Positions 1 to 5,327 of a DNA stretch of 10,801 bases are shown piece by piece. Within the stretch, counting starts at the first letter, position 1, and every line of letters starts with the position of its first letter. A program made the position numbers and the translations under genes. The stretch is from Candidatus Methylomirabilia bacterium (GTDB lineage: Bacteria; Methylomirabilota; Methylomirabilia; Rokubacteriales; CSP1-6). The DNA lies in contig JBGPXN010000158.1 of NCBI GenBank assembly GCA_041492755.1, forward strand, positions 1-10,801. The letters run 5' to 3'. The notes beneath the pieces were generated by a model that was given only the letters and a program-made list of their open reading frames with translations, ran no database searches and was not told the DNA's origin.

Positions 1-294
1 CGCCCCGGCCTGCTCGTCCCGCGCCTCAATCTGGGTGTACAGGGCGGCGAGGTCGAACTGGTCCACCACGGCCCAGAGGGCGCGCGCGGGATGGTCCGCG
101 GGCAGGAGCGCCGCGAGGTCGACCGGGCCCCACGCGAGCTGAGCGCGCTCGGCTTCCCGGAGGCGAGCTCCTCGCTTGGGGTCGGTCAGGACCTGCGGGG
201 CCGGGGTCGGTGGGCACGCGGGGGGCAGGGGAAACAGCCCCGGGGCCTCGGGCGCGGGAGTCTCCGCGGCGGTGGGTTCCGGCGCGTCGCTCAT
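1..294 (-). CDS. IS1182-family transposase, N-terminal part (runs off the left edge)
   Basis: Not in the ORF track. Manual translation from ATG at 294 is open to base 1: MSDAPEPTAAETPAPEAPGLFPLPPACPPTPAPQVLTDPKRGARLREAERAQLAWGPVDLAALLPADHPARALWAVVDQFDLAALYTQIEARDEQAGA. The R..Q...DL..LLP.DHPAR..W..V...DL..LY..I pattern is the typical IS1182 transposase N-terminus preceding the DUF772 region. Confidence 0.85.
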   Translation of the reverse strand, partial: MSDAPEPTAAETPAPEAPGLFPLPPACPPTPAPQVLTDPKRGARLREAERAQLAWGPVDLAALLPADHPARALWAVVDQFDLAALYTQIEARDEQAGA

Positions 295-304
295 GCTGAA
301 CGAA

Positions 305-334
305 AAGGTACTATAGGTATTCGACTCCTGTCAA
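305..334 (-). promoter_or_regulatory. Putative sigma70 promoter of the transposase
   Basis: Minus strand TTGACA (334-329), 18-nt spacer, TACCTT (310-305), 10 nt upstream of the ATG. It sits in an AT-rich patch with no Shine-Dalgarno, implying a very short leader. Confidence 0.55.
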
Positions 335-521
335 GGAAAACCCGCGTCCCCTGCGCCCCGCGCCGGCTGACGCCGTGGCGACGGCCGTGGCCCGCCATGC
401 TGCGACGACCCTGACCGGCCGCACCCCAGGGCGTCCTGAGGCCGGCCGATTTTTGCTCAGGCTCTGAGTCGTGAGCTCACAGAAACGGCCTCAACCGGGC
501 GTGATTTGTCGTCCGGTGGCC

Positions 522-532
522 TGTGGTAGGTT
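522..532 (+). promoter_or_regulatory. Possible extended -10 promoter upstream of the LLM monooxygenase relic
   Basis: TGTG-G-TAGGTT at 522-532, about 50 nt before the RBS-preceded ATG at 582. Confidence 0.3.
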
Positions 533-581
533 GTCGGCGAGGCCCGAGGAACCGCGGTGACCTCAGACAGGGAGCGAGGTA

Positions 582-783
582 ATGTCCGCGGCCCGGCGCG
601 AGATGCATCTCGGCGTGTTCGTCCTTGGCACCGGCAAATCATTCCGCCGGGTGGCGGCGCTACGAGGGCGCGGCCACCAGCAACAATGACCTTTCGGTCA
701 TCCAGGAGATTGCGCGGCAGGCCGAGCGCGGCAAGTTCGACCTGGTGTCCGTCTCCGACGGGCTCGTCATGGATCCGCAGTAG
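582..783 (+). pseudogene. LLM-class flavin-dependent monooxygenase (NtaA/SnaA/DszA-like), N-terminal fragment with frameshift
   Basis: RBS-like GGAG/GAGGT at 571-580 and ATG at 582. It reads MSAARREMHLGVFVLGTG; removing one A from the AAA run at 636-638 continues NHSAGWRRYEGAATSNNDLSVIQEIARQAERGKFDLVSVSDGLVMDPQ to TAG 781-783. MHLG..., H..GWR and A+.AE+GKFD....D are characteristic of this family, which is normally over 400 aa. Confidence 0.85.
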
Positions 784-948
784 CGCCGGATCTATTACTT
801 CGCGAGCTATCGGTTCGTGAAGTACCTGATCGATCGTGCGGGGACGGACGTGTTCATGAAGCTGTACCAGTCGGACCGCACGGAGGCCGACATCGCGACG
901 CTGTACGGCGCCAGCCGGGAAGAGCTGATCCGCCTGGCGGGGATGTAA
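784..948 (+). pseudogene. C-terminal fragment of an unrelated gene, peptidase MA/gluzincin-like helical tail
   Basis: In frame after TAG 781-783: [57 protein letters not shown] at 946-948. Codon usage is coding-like. Y..S..FV.YL....G...F..LY matches the tail of such domains, but no HExxH remains. Confidence 0.55.
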
Positions 949-984
949 GGGCTGTCGACCAGGCCGCGGGGCGGTCTCGATAAC

Positions 985-1393
985 AACGTCGCGCACAAGC
1001 TGGCGATCGTCACCAGCAGCAGCCTCTCCACAACCGCATGGTCTCCACGGCCGCCCTGTGGATCGGCGGTCTTCCCGTGGCGCTCCTCGGATTGGCGACC
1101 GACTGGCCCCCGGCGGTCTCGGGGTGGACGAACTGGGGCATCATCCTGCTGAAGCCGTGGTGGGCATCGCGATCGGCCTGACCGTGTGGAACTTCATCCT
1201 CAGGACGCTCCGGTCTGACGAGGCCAGCATCCTTGGCGCGTCGTCGGTGATCTACACCGCCCTCTTCGCCGTCCCGATCCTCGGCGAGCGCCTGGCGCTC
1301 CACCAGATTGCGGGCATGGCCTTGATGCTGCTCGGCGTGTCGCTGGTGCAGGTCCGGCGAAGCCTGGGGACGGGCCGGCCACGCGGCGGCTGA
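985..1393 (+). pseudogene. EamA/DMT-family transporter, C-terminal fragment with frameshifts
   Basis: The frame ending at TGA 1393 gives [66 protein letters not shown], a classic EamA end (..ILGE.L...Q..G..L...GV.L). The upstream hydrophobic [38 protein letters not shown] is in another frame and joins through a 1-nt loss near 1152-1154. No 5' half is present; the left boundary is approximate. Confidence 0.8.
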
Positions 1394-1436
1394 ACGCCGC
1401 GCCGCTCGCCTGCTCGATGTGCCGCGGGAGGGATGG

Positions 1437-2660
1437 ATGACCAAGGGCCAGCTCATGGCGCCGGCCGCGCTCTACATCGGGACCGTCGGTGCGAACGGGC
1501 TCCTGAACGGCATGGTGGTGACCATCTACGGCCTGTACGCGGTCAGAACCGCGGGCCTCACTCCACTCGAGCTCACGCTCGCCGGGACGCTCCTCGAGCT
1601 CACCGTGTTCGTCGGGGAGATCCCGACCGGCGTCGTGGCCGATGCATACGGCCGGCGCCTCTCCGTCCTGATCGGTCTGTGCGTCATCGGAGCCGGTATT
1701 GCGACGCTGGGGACGGTGCCGGCGTTCTGGTGTATCGCCCTCGGGAGCATCCTCTGGGGGCTTGGCGGCACGTTCATCACCGGTGCGCACCAGGCGTGGC
1801 TGGCCGACGAGATCGGCGAGGCCGAGGCCGCGCCGGTATACCTGCGAGCGACGCAGCTAGGCCAGATCGGCGGCCTGGCGGGAATCCCGATCGCCGTCGT
1901 CCTGGCCTGGAGGAGTCTCCAGCTCCCGCTGTGGGTGAGCGGCGCCGGCTTCTTCGTTCTCGCCGGCCTGCTCGTGATGACGATGCCGGAGCGCGGGTAC
2001 CGGCCGGTCGCGTGGGGGCACGGCGGCGCGTGGAAGGCGATGTGGGCGACGCTGCGCGATGGTGTCGCGACCGTGCGTCGGCGTTCTGCGCTCCTCGCGG
2101 TGCTCTCGATCATCGTGCTGTATGGCATGTCCAGTGAGGCGTTCGGCCGCTTGACGCCGTTCCATCTGCTCGACACCGTCGGCCTGCCCCCGTGGCTCGC
2201 GGAGGCGACGTGGTTCGGCATCCTGACCGCGGGCACGTTCCTTGGCGGCGCGGTGGTGACCGGGATCGTCCGGCGCAACGCCAGGCTGCATGCGGAGCGT
2301 CCGCTCCTGCAGATCCTCCTCGTGCTGACCGCGGCGATGACGCTGGGGACGGTGATCTTTGCCCTCTCGGGCGCTTTCTGGCTGGTGCTGGTCGCGGCCT
2401 GGCTCACGCGATGCGCGCGCGTGGCCACGCGGCCGCTGACGATGGCGTGGGTGAACCGAGGGCTCGCCCCCGAGACGCGCGCGACGGTGCTCTCGATGCT
2501 TGGCCAGGCCGAGTCGCTGGGCGAGATCACCGGCGCCCCGGCGCTGGGCGTCGTCGCGACGCTGTACACGGTCCGCGCCGCCCTGGTGGGGGCCGCGGCG
2601 GTGTTGCTGCCGGCCTTCCCGCTCTACGGCTACGCGCTGCGCCGGAACGCGAAGCGCTAA
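1437..2660 (+). CDS. MFS transporter, TetA(P)-like efflux family
   Basis: About 407 aa with roughly 12 hydrophobic segments. Motif A region EIPTGVVADAYGRRLS, plus L.PL.L.L.GT.LEL..F..EIPTG, WGLG.TFI.G...AW.A.E and YG.SSE...RL, which I recognise from TetA(P)-type proteins. Start placed at ATG 1437 after GGAGGG (1427-1432); the track start is GTG 1419. Confidence 0.9.
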   Translation: MTKGQLMAPAALYIGTVGANGLLNGMVVTIYGLYAVRTAGLTPLELTLAGTLLELTVFVGEIPTGVVADAYGRRLSVLIGLCVIGAGIATLGTVPAFWCIALGSILWGLGGTFITGAHQAWLADEIGEAEAAPVYLRATQLGQIGGLAGIPIAVVLAWRSLQLPLWVSGAGFFVLAGLLVMTMPERGYRPVAWGHGGAWKAMWATLRDGVATVRRRSALLAVLSIIVLYGMSSEAFGRLTPFHLLDTVGLPPWLAEATWFGILTAGTFLGGAVVTGIVRRNARLHAERPLLQILLVLTAAMTLGTVIFALSGAFWLVLVAAWLTRCARVATRPLTMAWVNRGLAPETRATVLSMLGQAESLGEITGAPALGVVATLYTVRAALVGAAAVLLPAFPLYGYALRRNAKR

Positions 2661-2735
2661 GTCGCGCCCGATCGCGCGTGGGGTGGCGCGCGATCGGTGT
2701 TCAGCCGCCGCGCCAGCGGTGTCAGCGATTGTGGG

Positions 2736-2810
2736 TCAGATCACCTGTCTTTCACGCAGGCCCACGATCTCGTTCTCCGAGTACCCCAGTTCGCCCAGGA
2801 TCGCATCAGA
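2736..2810 (-). pseudogene. Extreme C-terminal remnant of a class III CoA-transferase (CaiB/BaiF family)
   Basis: Not in the ORF track. The minus strand reads SDAILGELGYSENEIVGLRERQVI then TGA (2738-2736), matching the family tail T.EIL.ELGYS..EI..L....VI*. Similarity ends upstream of about 2810. Confidence 0.7.
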
Positions 2811-3057
2811 GCGGTTCCTTCTCGAAAGTGGAGTGGGAAATCCTTGAGAGTGCGTCAGCCGAACAGACTTGTAGAACAGCTTTGGCGATTGCGGTCAACG
2901 CTCGGGAGGCACATTGGCGGGGCATCGGCATGAGGAACATCGAGTCTTTGGGTGCGAGTGGGGTTCGCGGGTCGTCGCCGGATCTGCCATCGCCCAACAT
3001 GGTCACAATGCGCTACCTCTGCCTCCCCGACACCATCGACCCGCGCGGCCCGAAGCG

Positions 3058-3345
3058 ATGAAGACCGGCGGTTCACTCCTGCTCGTCGTCCTGGCGTTCG
3101 CCGGCTGCGCCCCGGCAACGCAGACCTATGGCCCGGACGGTCGTGAAGCCTACACGCCGAACTGTTCCGGACTCGCCCGCACGTGGGCGATGTGCGCCGA
3201 GAAGGCCGGCGAGATCTGCGGCACGCGAGGCTACGAGGTCATCGCTGCCGGTGGAGGGACGGCCGGGACGATCGCGACGATCGGGCCGTTGGGCGGCTTC
3301 GTCGGGCCAACCATCGAACGGTCGATGCTGATCCGATGCAATTGA
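3058..3345 (+). CDS. Small Cys-rich lipoprotein, hypothetical (95 aa)
   Basis: ATG 3058: MKTGGSLLLVVLAFAG-C, a signal peptide II with lipobox FAGC. The mature part TYGPDG...NCSG...W.MC.EKAGEICG.RGY...RSMLIRC has four more Cys. The track ORF starts at 2914, but that extension is not coding-like. Confidence 0.8.
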   Translation: MKTGGSLLLVVLAFAGCAPATQTYGPDGREAYTPNCSGLARTWAMCAEKAGEICGTRGYEVIAAGGGTAGTIATIGPLGGFVGPTIERSMLIRCN

Positions 3346-3700
3346 CGCCGCTTCTCGCCCGTTCCACGGCGGTCCTGGTGCTGGGGGTCGCCGCGGTCAG
3401 CATCGGGTGGGCGGGGACCGCAGCCGCGACCTGCACCCGTGCGCCATTGCCGGCAGACGCTGGCGTGGCGCTCGTCTTCTCCGGCGGCGGCGCCAACGGT
3501 GCGTGGGAGGCGGGCGTTGCCGCCGCGCTCCTCGAGCGCGGCGCGCCGGTCCGGCTCGCCGCCGGCTCCTCGGCCGGCGCGTGACGCCGTCGGCGCCCCT
3601 CGCGCTCCGCCCGCTCGACTTCGATCCCGCCGGCCTCGCACGCGCCCTGGCCCGGGGCCGGGCCGACGGTGAGGCGTGCGCCGATGCCTGGAAGGACGGC
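3342..3700 (+). pseudogene. Secreted patatin-like phospholipase with large internal deletion
   Basis: TTG 3342 overlaps the lipoprotein stop (TTGA). A signal-peptide-like stretch is followed by ALVFSGGGANGAWEAGV (oxyanion GGGx motif) and GSSAGA (GxSxG), then TGA at 3582-3584. From 3581 another frame reads VTPSAPLALRPLDFDPAGLARALARGRADGEAC, resembling a patatin C-terminus. The DGG catalytic Asp region is missing. The right boundary is approximate. Confidence 0.8.
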
Positions 3701-3930
3701 ACGAGCGGTACGCAGAGTTCTGTGGCGTGATGATCCGCGGGCGCTGCGAGGTCATCGAGGATCCGGCGCAGGTGGAGATGGTGAGCCGGGAAACCGCGGG
3801 GAGGGCGAACGGCGCGGGCTCCCGTCCCGAGCCGGGAGCGCTGGCCAGCGCGTCCAAGCGGGTTGTCCTCCGGGTGACGCCGGAGAAGGTCGCGAGCTAG
3901 GACCAGCGCAAGCTCGGCGGCGCGTACTGA
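3688..3930 (+). pseudogene. PPOX-class (pyridoxamine 5'-phosphate oxidase-like, F420-type) protein, C-terminal fragment
   Basis: Reads ...ERYAEFCGVMIRGRCEVIEDP...KRVVLRVTPEKVAS*DQRKLGGAY* . The TAG at 3898-3900 sits where Trp (TGG) of the family motif SWDH.KL is expected, and the natural stop is TGA 3928-3930. The N-terminal half is absent. Confidence 0.8.
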
Positions 3931-3953
3931 CTCGCGCGTCGAGCCGTCAGCGC

Positions 3954-4154
3954 TCACGGGGAGGTGGCGCTGCGGAATCTGGCGGCGTGCTCGGCTGCGA
4001 AGGAGGCCAAGGTGCGCGGTGGGCGTCCGGTGGTGAGGGTGACGGTATCGGTCACGACCGCCGCGACCAGGGCCCGAAGGGGCACTCCCTGCGCGGCGAG
4101 CTGGCGGACCACCGCACCGCCGACGAGCCCGGTGGCTCCGGTGACGAGGATCAC
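3954..4154 (-). pseudogene. NmrA/atypical SDR NAD(P)-binding protein with in-frame internal deletion (66 aa remain)
   Basis: GTG 4154: (M)ILVTGATGLVGGAVVRQLAAQGVPLRALV (Rossmann GxxGxxG) is fused directly to AAVVTDTVTLTTGRPPRTLASFAAEHAARF, the typical C-terminus of these roughly 280-aa proteins. The junction is near 4065. Confidence 0.85.
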
Positions 4155-4374
4155 CGTGACCTGGTCCCGCGCTCTCTCGCCCCGGTCCCGGTGAAGAGCG
4201 TTGTCCAAAGCGTGCGTCTGGTCTGCTGGGTCGCGGACGGCCTGATCATCGACGATGATGTGCCGTGCGTCTCGCGGGGTCAAGGACTGGATGCCGTCGG
4301 CCCGGTCGATCGTCACGCCACCGCCCCGTCGGGCTGCGCGATCGAGGTGCCACCCAACAGGAGGGAGCGTTCGC

Positions 4375-5085
4375 ATGTCGCAACTCGTGTTTCTCCACGG
4401 ACCAGGTGCGGGCGCCTGCGCTGACGCGTTCCACTATCAGCGCCGGCATTTCCCGAACAGCGTCGCGCCGACCTTGCCCGGCCACCTCGAAGGCGCCAGG
4501 TGTCAGGACGTCGCGCGATACATGGAATGGGTGCGCGGCTGGCTGTGGGCGCAGGGTCTGAAGGGCGACCTCGTGCTGGTCGGCTACACGCTGGGCGCCT
4601 CGATTGCGCTGCAATACGGCCTCGACTACCCGGACGAGGTGAAGGGCTTGGTGTTGATGACCGTCGCCGCGCGGCCCAAGACCCGCGCCGCGGGCGCGTA
4701 CGAGATGCGGCTGCGCGCCACGGAGGACCCGAAGGTCTACGATGAATGGCTGGCGTATCAGCGGCACGCCATGAAGCTCGTAGAGCCCGGCTTGCAGGAG
4801 CGGTTGCTGGAGCGGCACCGCCAGGTGGGCCCGCTGTCCCAGTACCACGACCTGAAGACGATCGATGCCTTCGACGTGCGCGATCGCCTCGCGACGCTCA
4901 AGCCCAAGCTCCTCCTGCTGCGCGGCATGGACGATCCCACCAACCCGCCGGACTACGAGAAAGAGATCCACGAGGCCGTGCCCGGCTCAAGGTATGTGAG
5001 ACTCCCTGGCGCAGGGCATTTCCCGCCCACCGAGATCCCGGACAAAGTCAACGCGCTGATCGAGGAGTTCGTCGTCGCGCTGTGA
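4375..5085 (+). CDS. Alpha/beta-fold hydrolase (236 aa) with atypical nucleophile motif GYTLG
   Basis: Strong RBS AGGAGGGAG (4359-4367) and ATG 4375. Motifs: LVFLHG, LPGH, LVLVGYTLG....L, YPDEVKGLVL, G.DD (acid) and GAGHF (catalytic His). The frame is intact. Confidence 0.92.
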   Translation: MSQLVFLHGPGAGACADAFHYQRRHFPNSVAPTLPGHLEGARCQDVARYMEWVRGWLWAQGLKGDLVLVGYTLGASIALQYGLDYPDEVKGLVLMTVAARPKTRAAGAYEMRLRATEDPKVYDEWLAYQRHAMKLVEPGLQERLLERHRQVGPLSQYHDLKTIDAFDVRDRLATLKPKLLLLRGMDDPTNPPDYEKEIHEAVPGSRYVRLPGAGHFPPTEIPDKVNALIEEFVVAL

Positions 5086-5243
5086 GGACTATTCCCCGCC
5101 GTGGCTCGCGTGCCGACTGGTGATGCCGCTGGCTCCGAGGGCACTGCGGTGTCCTGCCCTTCCCATGCAGACCAGCCCATCGTTCGGGCTGGCGACCCGG
5201 CGAGAATCCGTCGGTAATCTTTCGCTCCGCGAGAATCCCGAAC

Positions 5244-5266
5244 GCGCCTCCTCAGAGAGGAGGCGT
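5244..5266. terminator. Stem-loop between convergent genes (possible terminator or 3' stabiliser)
   Basis: CGCCTCCTC (5245-5253), AGA loop, GAGGAGGCG (5257-5265): a 9-bp perfect stem. There is no clear U-tract on either strand. Confidence 0.35.
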
Positions 5267-5327
5267 CGTCGCTACAGCAAACTCACGGACCGACTGTCCG
5301 ACCGGACGCCCGGAGATCTGCGAGCGG

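Larger units (their letters stand above)
1..465 (-). mobile_element. IS1182-family insertion sequence, left end (partial)
   Basis: Transposase 5' end plus a candidate terminal inverted repeat at 450-465 (minus strand AGAGCCTGAGCAAAAA), resembling IS1182-type ends as recalled. The partner IR is outside the window, so the boundary is inferred. Confidence 0.6.

Noticed and set aside
1433..3061. Long alternative ORFs over the MFS gene (1433..2137, 1526..2569, 2192..3061)
   Set aside because: Shadow frames with low-complexity composition and no recognisable motifs.
781..3900. In-frame TAG codons at 781-783 and 3898-3900 as possible stop-codon recoding (pyrrolysine or reassignment)
   Set aside because: Both lie in fragments that are already broken. 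The 3898 TAG is one transition from the expected TGG, and TAG serves as a normal stop for the alpha-subunit gene at 8418-8416.
4155..4376. N-terminal extensions of the NmrA relic (track start 4376) and of the hydrolase (track start 4255)
   Set aside because: Neither extension has family similarity. The hydrolase has a strong RBS before ATG 4375, and NmrA proteins begin at the ILVTGATG strand.
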